Shown: piece after piece, positions 41,786 to 58,814 of the stretch
How the letters are laid out: every line of letters starts with the position of its first letter
How positions within the stretch are numbered: position 1 is the stretch's first letter
Assembly: GCA_051362555.1 (NCBI GenBank)
Contig: CM120645.1
Location: 7,316,001 to 7,380,000, forward strand
DNA length: 64,000 nt
Source of the DNA: Lingula anatina
Lineage: Eukaryota > Animalia > Brachiopoda
Reading direction: 5' to 3'
The notes under the pieces: generated by a model
Databases searched by the model: none
Seen by the model: only the letters and a program-made list of their open reading frames with translations
What the model was told of the DNA's origin: nothing
Translations under genes and position numbers: made by a program

Positions 41786-44700
41786 GCTTGGCTCATGCAT
41801 GGAGCCTACCTGTAGTATCAGGCACCTGAATGACTAGTGCTTGGCATCATCTTGACTTATGTTGAAGCCTACTTAGATATAGTTATGTACATCCTTTGAT
41901 TGGCGCCTTCTGTACCAGTGGCAGCTCATACCACTCTGACCAAGGAAACAGACCAGATTTTTTCTTTAATTATTATTATGAGAAAAATAGGCAATTCATA
42001 TGAAGAGAAAGAAAAAATCATGTGATGCCAATTTTGTCTACTCTGCCAGGATGAGTTATGTGGTTCTTTTGCACAAAATGCAGTGGTTGTAAGAAGCTTT
42101 TGGCTATCTTCAGGGCAAAAGTGAATTGTGTCATATTTATAAGAACTGTAGACCACTATGTGTGTCTTCATTGAAGTTTTGTTTTTCATGAATATATATT
42201 TTAAAAGTAACTTCATGGTAAAGAGGGTGACTTTATGATGTATACATTCTGCTTCTGCACCCAAGGCCCACCCCACCTTGTGTCACATTCTCTAAAGGTG
42301 CAAGTTTTTTTCTTCGAAAATTCTTCATTTTCTGCAGGTATAAGAAACGCACATAGAAAGAGACGATGCACACTAAAAAAGATACAACAATCTGACAATG
42401 TGTAAATTTCATTAAGATAAGGCTGTTTATATAAAATTAGACAAGTATTTGATATGATCAGATGTTAAAACACAGTTTGTTTTCTATTTATGATGTAGAC
42501 ATTACCATTTTCAGGTGTATGGTACTTAGATCTTTTATGGAGAGTTTGGGGAAAAAAACATGTCTTCTGACAGTAGCTTTTTGTTTCATATGCTAAGGAA
42601 TTATTACATTAAAATCATGAAATTTGTAAACACATCATAACAAGAGCTTAGATTTTTACAAATAATTTTTAATTTTCAGAAATTGTTTGTATTTTGAAAT
42701 GTAATTATGTTGACTAAGTTTTCTTTGATTATATTAGAACACAATGTCCATCCTTTTTTTAACTTCAAGAAAGTATCACCATGTTGCTTATTCTATATTC
42801 TATCATGTTCCTAACTACTGTTTTAAATAACTTGAATGGATTGTTTCGTCATCAGTTAATACGTCCTTGTAATTGTGTTAAACTTACTTTGTTTTTAAGG
42901 TGTTCAGGTGATCAGTGATGTATATTTTATTGCCAATATTTATCATTAACTTAAACAGATCATTTGTCTAGTTATTGGCCGATTTGTATAAAAAAAACAC
43001 CTGACAAGACAAACTTATTAACGAGTTTTTAAATTGATACCGATTATGTGTGTTCATTTCTTTATTTTAGATTTTAAAGGTAAACATGTACATTTTGTAC
43101 CACCAACACCTGTTGCCTGGAAAGACTTTGTAAGAACTTCATTCAAATTTATTATCAAAATCAAGAAAATGCCATTTTAGGTACTTAATTTGGCTGTTTC
43201 AGTACATTTGAATACAAATTTGATTGCAAATGTGATTCACTCATACTCCACAAAAAGCTTTCAAGAAACTGGTTAATTACATCACAACAAGTATGACATA
43301 GAGAATCTATTTTTATTTAATTCTCAACCACATTAATAGACTTAATTAATAGTATTTGATGTTTGCTTTTTATTACGTTATGTGTTTAAAATCAGTCATC
43401 CAGTTTATGTATACACTTTTAAGAATATTTTTCTCCTGATATCAAGCAAATAAAGTTCAGGCACATCCTGGAAGTTATGATCTGTTTTATCTTTTCGCTG
43501 TTTGAAGACATGTGGAACATAATGTGTAATATATAGTATGTTACTGCTTGTAAGGATTTTTGGAGATGGGTCCTCCTCTCAATATTTTGGTGACCCAAAC
43601 TGCTTCCTTGTGGTCTACATGTGAAAGTAAACTGTAAACATTTACATTCTGCTTAAATATGAATCAAAGTTAAAACTTCACAACACTGAGATGGAAATTG
43701 AAAGAACCTTGTGGTGTTAATTCATTTAAATCTCTGTGTGAAAAGGACTTTAATTTGCATCAAGGAAGCTTTTTTGACTCCTCTTTTCAAATTCAGATTT
43801 TAAAAGAAAATTGTGTAATAAATTTAATTTGACATCAGCCAATTTGCTATTGTGTTATAATGAAAAGAGACAGATTCATTCATCTATCATTACACAGTCA
43901 AGTACTTTTGACATTTTTTATTATACATAGTGTATTATGCCAACAATACAGTGCTTCAACTTGTACATGTCAAGCATACCAAAAACTGACCATCGCAATG
44001 GAGTAGCAGCCTCTATCTTACACCTTACAATAATCAAGAATTAAATGCAATGGAAGCAGATCCAAAGTATGGGAGGGTAATATATCGGGAAAAAATCTTG
44101 AATGGCAGTTTAAGGCTGTAATGTACGCTCGACCAGAAAAGTTCAGAAACATGAACTTGTTTTTCAATAATTTAAAGACTACGCAATGTAGTGGGAAAAT
44201 CTTCACTGTATATAAAAAATAACAAATGATGGGCACATTATATCAATAATTGGTTGAAATGTTTACCTAAGCTCATATGATTATTTTATTATAATTCAAA
44301 ATGTTTAAAAACTTTTTTGGTTGAGTGTATATCATATATTAAAGTTAGTACCTCAGATGAATTAATACCCCCCCCCCAAAAAAAAAAAATAATAATAATA
44401 AAATAATAAAATAATAAACAGGATTAAAGGTCATAATAACTGGTGAATAACTAAATTTCCATCAGTCCAAGCTGTTACTGTTAGTAAGATATAATGCGAT
44501 AAATATTCATATGAAAATTTAGTTCTGCATTACCTTAATATTAGCACCCTTCACACTGAGATGCCTCCCTATTCTTTTGTCTTCAACTTATAACAGACAG
44601 AGATTTCTTCCTGTGAGCAACATGTACTTCATTATGATTGTACTGGCATTTTAGGCTATGTCAATGCCAATCTTTACTCTTGGATTACACTGTATACTCT

Positions 44701-45124
44701 GACCAATTCATAAAAAAAAGTTAATAATAATAATAAATAAATAAATAAAAAAAAACATCAGCAAACTACCCTGGATTTGTGAGTATCAGAGCCTGTCCTC
44801 AATACACCAATGCATGTATGTGATAGTCACAGATCTGATACTCAAACTCGGGGTGTACAACATAATCTACACCATTCAAAATAAAAGCAGCTCACAGAAA
44901 GTATGTTATTATAACAACATAATGCTGTCTATATACATGCTACCCTTATGTCTATGGTATATCTGTAACTTTTATTCCATGTGATAGCAGTATCCTAGAA
45001 TCTGAGAATGAATTGCTTCCTCCATCTATTCTTCCCAAAACTCCACAGAAAATATCATAGGGTTGTCATTTTAACAGTAATAATTATGATAATATTAATA
45101 ATAATAAAAAATAAAATAATAGAT

Positions 45125-51430
<6,306 letters not shown>

Positions 51431-51864
51431 CTTGGATCGCGACACGGACTCTAACTCGTATCATTATCTTTAATTCAAAATTACAATAGACATTTGTGAG
51501 TCAAAACAAAATATATTGCAATATTATGCATACTTATTTTCAAGAATAAAAACACCTGCAAAGCACAAAATTTCTCATTAAATCAGTACTTCTGGATATT
51601 GTTTTTGACAAATGAGACGTGTAAAGTTATTTACTTCTTTTATTCAGGTCGAACTGCGTCACAGCAACGTTTTAGCCAATCAAAAAGTAGGTGTCCACGT
51701 GACTCGATCCTTCGCCCGGCATCCACGCCATCTTTTCGTAAGTTGTCGAGAGGTTGTCATTAGTTTTTTACGATTTTATGGAAAACAGTTTGTGGTCATT
51801 ATCTAGCAACATCTTGTTTTAAAATAGAATTGAATGTCAGAATAACGTGTGCTTTTTTATTCAG
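51431..51864. promoter_or_regulatory. Bidirectional promoter of PDHB and SLC25A3 copy 1, with a non-coding first exon of SLC25A3
   Basis: 441 bp between divergent ATGs. CCAAT box (AGCCAATCA about 51674), E-box CACGTGA about 51696, YY1-like GCCATCTT at 51426 and 51727. Donor GTAAGT at 51738 and acceptor TTCAG at 51864. Confidence 0.7.
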
Positions 51865-51871
51865 AAAAAAC

Positions 51872-54800
51872 ATGTTCAAGTTACTAGCTGAGGCAGCGAA
51901 GAACAGCCCGTTCACCAGCCCTGTTCGGCATGCACAGTGCCAAGGAAGCGGTGGTGATGGTAATTAAAACATTTATTAAATTTTAACTCTTCATAACAGA
52001 CAGTTTAAATTGTATTTCTCAAAAATCTCTGTTGATCACCTTTGTTTTCTACTAGCACGCGTGATATGACAGGAAGCGGAAGTGATTCCCACGAGGATGT
52101 CGCAATGTATTTCTATTTATGGAAACTAGGTCGAACTCGGGGAGCGACTTGACGTCAAAAGTTGTTAAAAAAATTATATTAAAAAATGGAATAATCTTTT
52201 TGTTTTGCAATCATGTTGAAAATCTCAATCTGGTGTTTAATTACACATCATACAGCTGTTGTTAATAGATATAATATATTGACAGCGTTTGACACTTGCA
52301 CTCGCCAGCTCGCCAATGCGAGTTAAAATTAAATCTGGCGAGTGAAAATTATGGTGCAAGTCGCCATTTTGGCGATTTATGTCAACTTACTGTGTTAAGT
52401 TTATCGGCAAAATTTAGACTCAATTTAAGTCCGACTCGTATGCCAAAATTTACAGGGAAGTTCATGGGATTACCCTTACTGCTAACCTCGTTTTCACTCT
52501 CATAATCGTGATTGCTTGAAGTTGGGGAATTCCGTAATGACGTATTCACAGTCTCGTTGTCGTTTTTGAAAGCATCTAGCTTTCGTTTGCGCGCCGGATT
52601 TTGACGAAGTATAGGAAATGCTGTCTGTTTCGTTTCACTTATATTACGTCTTGCGATTTTGCGCAGTTGACGCTTCCGGGAGAAAAACGTGATGCACGTG
52701 GATCATCAAGCTGCATGGAGAAGTTTTTAAACAATTCAAAACGCCAAGTAGAAGAGACTGAGAGTGAGAGCGTCGCAGAATCGGCTTCAACTTCAAGTGG
52801 TAAGTAAACAAAATCAAAGCAGAAACGAACTAATAGTCTGAGCTCTTTAACCCAACGCATGTTTTTGACGTTTTCTGATTTTTTTTCCTGAGCGGAACAA
52901 AAAAAAAAAAAAAAAGAAAAAAAGGGGGGGAGGGGGTTAAATGCGTGCGACGTGCAACGTGTGTAGGGTACGAGAACTTGAATTACCTAGCGCACGCTAT
53001 TACAGTACAGTGCAATACTATACAAATAATACAAAATAATGAATTTTATTTCAACTCGGATACAATTGAATCTTTTAACAATCTCGTTAGGTTTTCAGCA
53101 GTTCACCGACTGCATCTCCGTCAGTGCGACTTACGGAGTTCACCCTGAATATCACAAGTTCTCTAATAATGATAGCAGGGGCGGATCCAGATATATTTTC
53201 TGACAGTCTTCCAAATTATCTTTGTTGATCCATTCTCCATTTTTGACCGTCTTCCGACAGAAAACATTAGATGCCCGACAATGTAAACTTGAAAATCTGA
53301 CCGTCTTCCGGAAGACCCAGAAGACGCCCTAAATCCGTCCCTGGATAGTGCTTAATTTAACCTCATTTTAATATTTATTTTGAAACGAGTATTTCTATAT
53401 ATATATTTATTAAGACCCCATATCTGAATGGTCTACTTGTTTGTCCCAATTGTTGATTTTAACGTTGTTAAATGTTTAGCTCTTTATCACATGTACCAGT
53501 AATTGATTATGTCTGACTCAGTGATTGTGTTGGCAGTCTTTAATAAACTTGACACTTAAAAATTGCAGGTACCAAACCAAAAACACCAAGAATTGTAAAA
53601 AGGGATGCAGTGACAGTGATGCGGGGTTTGATGACTGTTATAGTGATTCAGATGAAGACAATGAAATGACTGAGAAGGATGTGGATCAGTTTTTAAGACA
53701 CAATTGATCTTTATACTGACTTTTATCTCTTCATCGGTATCAGGACAATTTCACCCCGGCCGATTCCCCCCCAAAATATATATTTATGTACAAATATATA
53801 GTAAAGAGCATGAAGCTTAAATCCTTGCATCTATTGTATGAATATTTCTTGGTGTGATGATGCAACTTAAAGATACAAAATATAAATTTCATTAAACAAA
53901 TTATGTTCACAGAGTACAAGTTCAGAAAACTTTAGAAATATAAGTACAGAAAATTTTATTAAAAATCTAATTAAAGTATCTCTAGGTAAAGTGGGGTAAA
54001 TAAATATGAATATAGTTTATGTTTAATTTAGATAAGAATGTGCAAAATCTGTAGACTAAAGAATAAACACAGTTCTAGGTTTAAAAAAGGTTTTTAATTT
54101 TTTTCTTTATTTGCATATGATAACATCTCCATCATGAGTCATTACCACATGGCCTGCACTTTGAATATTTGGCCAGTAACTTCGTAATAAAGCTGGCCAA
54201 AGTCTGGCTTGTGCATTTTCGGTTTGGCCAGTAACTTTCAGAGCACACTGGCCAAATTGGCCTGTACTATTTCAAATAAAGGTCAAACACTGATTGACAT
54301 TAAATATTATGACAGTTATTGACAATGATTTTTCTCTGAATTTCAGAGGAATACAGCTGCGAGTTTGGCTCTTCCAAATACTACGCCCTTTGTGGTTTGG
54401 GTGGCATTCTCAGTTGTGGAATCACACATACAGCAGTAGTACCACTTGACTTGGTCAAGTGCCGTATTCAGACCAACCCAGAAAAATATGGTGGCATTGT
54501 CAAGGGTTTCAAAGTGACCATAGCTGAAGATGGGGCAGTTTCTCTTGCCAGAGGTTGGGCTCCAACAGCAATTGGTTATTCCATGCAAGGACTTTGCAAG
54601 TTTGGTTTCTATGAAGTCTTTAAAGTTATTTACGGAAACCTTTTGGGAGAGGTAAGTTGGGGACACTGAAATTGTTGAAACTGCACCACTGAGACTGTAA
54701 AAACACCAGAATATATATGTAGTGGTTTTTGCTCATCAAGTTAAGTTTAATTTTAACCTTATTCCTTAAATAAGTTGAAAACGATGAAAAAATATTATTC

Positions 54801-55274
54801 TGAAAATCTTTAAATGTCATTTCAATAAGTAAAGTGAAAGAAAATTTGGGTCTGACTCTAGAACAAATTGAGGATGCTTAGTTGTTTGTAGACCTTGGTA
54901 TTTGCGAAACTTTGATTGACAAAAATACTCAAACAAAGCTGAAGTCCATTAGAGTGTGAAAGATATTTTATTTATCCTTTTTTAATCATCACTGAAATAA
55001 ATATCTGTAGGAAAATGCCTACTTGTGGAGGACATCTCTCTACCTGGCTGCCAGCGCCTCTGCTGAGTTCTTTGCCGACATCGCTCTCTGCCCTATGGAA
55101 TCTGTGAAGGTCAGAATCCAGACACAGCCTGGCTGGTCTACAACACTAAGAGAGGGATTCCCAAGGATTATGAAGGATGAGGGGATGAATGGGTAGGTAT
55201 TGTTGTTCAAGCACAAGCATGCACGTATGCATGCACACACTCTCTCTGACATGCATATTCTCTCTCTCTCTCTC

Positions 55275-55310
<36 letters not shown>

Positions 55311-56921
55311 ACATATACACGCTTCAGTTGTAGCAATTCTTTCCTGTTTCTTGAAATGTAACATTTGAAATGTTACTGGAAAATGCAGCTGATGTATGAA
55401 TTCTTGCTTTATTACAGTTTCTACAAAGGCCTGGTACCTCTGTGGGCCCGTCAGATTCCCTACACCATGATGAAATTTGCCTGCTTTGAGAGGACGGTGG
55501 AAGCTCTGTATAAATATGTCGTGCCCAAACCTCGTTCTGAATGCACTAAACCAGAGCAGTTGGTGGTCACATTTGCTGCTGGATACATAGGTCAGTTGAT
55601 ATTATTAATTCTTAGTAATGTCAACATCAAAACAGATTGTGAATACAAACTCCTGCTTTGAGAAATTTTGCCAAAAATGCACTAAGAGTTCCGTTTTTTT
55701 TCTACTCATCTGAAAAAAAAATTGTAAGAGATGAGACTTGGTGTGTGATGGTCAAGTATCACAAACTGTGACAGTAAAATAATTCATGTACTTGTGCTTA
55801 CTTCCGCATTTGTACTAGTATCTAATATGTTGCCATCAAAAAAAAAAGAAAAAAAAATGAAAACTGGGTCACTTTTGCAGATTGTTATGTACTGATTTTT
55901 AATTGACTGTGTGGGTCATTTAAGTTATTTAAAATACTGAATTCAGTTGTTCTCTATTCCAGCTGGTGTATTCTGTGCCATTGTGAGTCACCCTGCAGAC
56001 ACCATTGTATCAAAACTTAACCAAGCTAAGGGAAGCAACTTTGTGGATGTAGCCAAGAGCCTTGGGCTGTTAGGTAAGTTTTGTGAAACATTGATTTTGA
56101 AACAACTATTTTTATACAAGTGCGTCATTAAATTTACATGTCTGCATCCAAGGGCCAAAACTTCTTTTCTGATGTCAAAATTTTCGTTTCCTATAGACTG
56201 CCTAGATCACATTGAAAAATGATTAACATCACTGTAAACACATTCCTTAGATCCACTCTGGGGGCGAGTTCTCTGCCAGGGCTTGCAGAGACGTGCCCAG
56301 CAACTTTCTAGGTTGTACTGTCTGGAGTGCTTGAGTCATTAGTGTGTGAGAGCAGTATACCTCCACTGGTGGTAAGTCGCGCTCTTGTCTGCCTGTGTGG
56401 TGTGCTGGACGTATGGCGCACACTCTTAAGGCATTACGTGGCAAGAGTTGACTGCCAGTTGGGACATGCATTCTTTGTGAGAGTTTTTAGTGACTAAATT
56501 GATTTTTTTTCTTTGTAAAGGATTAGATATTAGAATCGAATAATGTGATGTTTTTCACTGTAAAAGGTATATGCTGTCAACAGGATTCCATAAGAAGGCC
56601 TTTTTATCTTTTTTTACACAGTTGCCACAATTTGTTTATTTGTTCTTTCTCTTTGCTCCTTCAGATATTTTCTGCCATCATTCCTACCCCCCCCCCAGTC
56701 AGTCTCATTCAATTTAAATTAATTTGTTCATATTTACATTATCTTTTTCACCAGGCATGTGGAAGGGACTCTTCCCAAGGATCATCATGATTGGTACTCT
56801 CACTGCCCTGCAGTGGTTCATCTACGACTCCGTGAAAGTCTACTTCAAGCTGCCACGCCCACCTCCTCCAGAGATGCCAGAAAGCCTCAAAGCCAAACTT
56901 GCTGCGCAGGGGAAGCTGTGA
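51872..56921 (+). CDS. SLC25A3: Mitochondrial phosphate (and copper) carrier, copy 1 (PiC-B-like), 6 coding exons
   Basis: Exons 51872-51959, 54347-54651, 55011-55192, 55418-55590, 55963-56073, 56755-56921. Carrier signatures [29 protein letters not shown]; also [33 protein letters not shown]. Confidence 0.97.
52283..54292 (+). mobile_element. Internally deleted TIR DNA transposon (2.0 kb), CAG termini, 5-bp TSD (hAT5-like), in SLC25A3 copy 1 intron
   Basis: TIRs CAGCGTTTGAC and GTCAAACACTG. TSD ATTGA at 52278-52282 and 54293-54297. Subterminal TCGCCA/TGGCGA repeats on the left and TGGCCA repeats on the right. Residual exon-like coding pieces inside. Confidence 0.85.
53176..53343. mobile_element. 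168-bp MITE nested inside the 2-kb element, 5-bp TSD
   Basis: TIRs CAGGGGCGGAT and ATCCGTCCCTG. TSD GATAG at 53171-53175 and 53344-53348. Internal TGAC(A/C)GTCTTCC repeated three times. Confidence 0.85.
55258..55306. repeat. Compound (TC)n(CA)n microsatellite
   Basis: Direct observation. Confidence 0.9.
56237..56469 (+). ncRNA. SNORA53: Box H/ACA snoRNA SNORA53 (ACA53) homologue in the last intron of SLC25A3 copy 1
   Basis: GC-rich island in an AT-rich intron. H box AGAGCA 56349-56354 and ACA 56464-56466. Blocks TTCCTTAGATCCAC, CCAGCAACTTT..GGTTGTA, GTGCTTGAGTCATT, TATACCT and GGACAT match human SNORA53 as I recall it; SNORA53 is hosted by SLC25A3 in vertebrates. Confidence 0.88.
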
Positions 56922-58814
56922 TGATCCAGAACTTTAGGACATTAATATATTGGGGAAGATTAGTAAAATGACATTACTTGATGGGAAGGGATGCCGACTA
57001 CTGTACACACTTCATGGAAATCTATTTATCTATTAACTTAATTCATTCTTTCATTCTTCCCTCATTCTTCAATCCCGTTTGTTTACCTGGGGACCACCCT
57101 TTAAGTATGACTCTGCTTGTTCCTAGTGATAGTTACCCGTGGACCATGTTTACCCGATTCTCATTTCTCAATTCCAAACAGAGGACCAGACCATACCATA
57201 TAGTACCATAATGCAATTCACATCGACCATGAGCCAGTGTTTTCTGTTGTTTGGTGTCTGAAACTGAAAACAAAAGAAGAAAATCTTCCGGACCGTGTAA
57301 AGTGTACATTAAGCCTAGCACCATGACAGCATTTTGCGGCTGTTTGTAATGTTCCATACTGCGTTTCTTGATAGACTAGCAATAGCATTTAATCTGCGTT
57401 TTGACTTCCTATGTGTCATGGTTTAGACTTTTTTTTTTTTTTTTTTTGCACCTGGATTTTGTTATTGTTTCATTCTGTAATCTCACATAGAACCAGTTCG
57501 ATGGTAGTTTCTAATTCGCAAAAGGCTCATGTTGTTTTTTCATAAAGTCATGAAAACGAAGAACATGGATGCAAGAAACCGTTTTGTTTGTGTAGAAATG
57601 TTCATAATGTGTGATGGTTTGCAAACAATTCGATGAAATATTAACTTATGGTATTGACCACTGATGTAATAAATCATATCCTTGACCGTTTCAAACTCCT
57701 TGTTTGTAATTTTTGAAAAAAGTATAAAGGTTTTTTACTACGGTATAATTATTTTGAAAAATCGGATTTATTTTGTTCTAATCGGTTGTTGCTAAAATGT
57801 GGAACTACGTTATATGACTAAAGCAGTACAGCAAAATTTGCTTACAAATTAAAACGTAGTGGCTTACAGCAATAAAAAAGGTGGGTGGTAGGTACAAAGA
57901 GACCCAACATTGCTCCTCAGAAAAAGATTGTCGTTGCAACAATTTGAAAGTATTGAACCCCGAGGCTCCTGGTGGAAAGTCCGCCGCGAACGCATACTTC
58001 ATGATATTTGTAAATGCTGCCACTCAATAATAATAAGAAAAAAATAGACAGATGTGCATCATTTATTGTTGACCATTGGGGGCCGATAGTCCACATTACA
58101 ATTGGAGCCGCTCTCAACGACGTTATGTCAGGTTCGTCATTAGAAAACGTTTGGTTAGGCAAACGTACAGAACTTTGCGTTTTGTATTTTAAGAGATGAC
58201 CTTCTCCGATCATGAAGCTGGCGCGTCTTGGAATATTCACAGGAAACAGGAATATATACAGCGTGCTTATACAAAGTGTGTCTCATAACTTGGAACTTAC
58301 CTCAAAACATAGGCTGTGTCGGCATGTTGGTTACTATCTAAACAGTAAGGGATTTTCGGCAACGGTTGTGAACTTGTGATTATGATTTTCCAATTGGAGT
58401 AATGAAATCATCTGGTTCCCTGTGACGTCAGACCATCTCATGATCATGTGGAAACATAGTCAAGGATAAAGAAGTTAAATGTAGTTTAATTACAAAATAT
58501 CATCTTAAGGACCATTACTTTGTAGTAATATAAAAAAAGCAAGCGCGGGTGAATTACTGGATTAAAAAATAACGTTGTTATAAAAACGTTTACCGAGGAC
58601 ACAGAACAGTGACTTAGTAAGATGCTGTAAAGTACATGTCTGGCAACTGGAAAACAAGGCTCATTCACACGTACATTTCACTAGACGTCTTCAGCCTATC
58701 CAAAAGAAGGTAGACGATACAGGCCGACTCCAGTGCCATCAGCACCACGCAATTCAACTGGGGATTTCATTACCGTAAATCAGGAACTACATATACTACT
58801 CGTTTCAGTTCATA

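Noticed and set aside
54343-54666. Antisense ORFs over coding exons (also 2652-3083, 11101-11347, 63533-63886)
   Set aside because: Shadow frames of real exons on the opposite strand, mostly with non-ATG starts and no recognisable domains.
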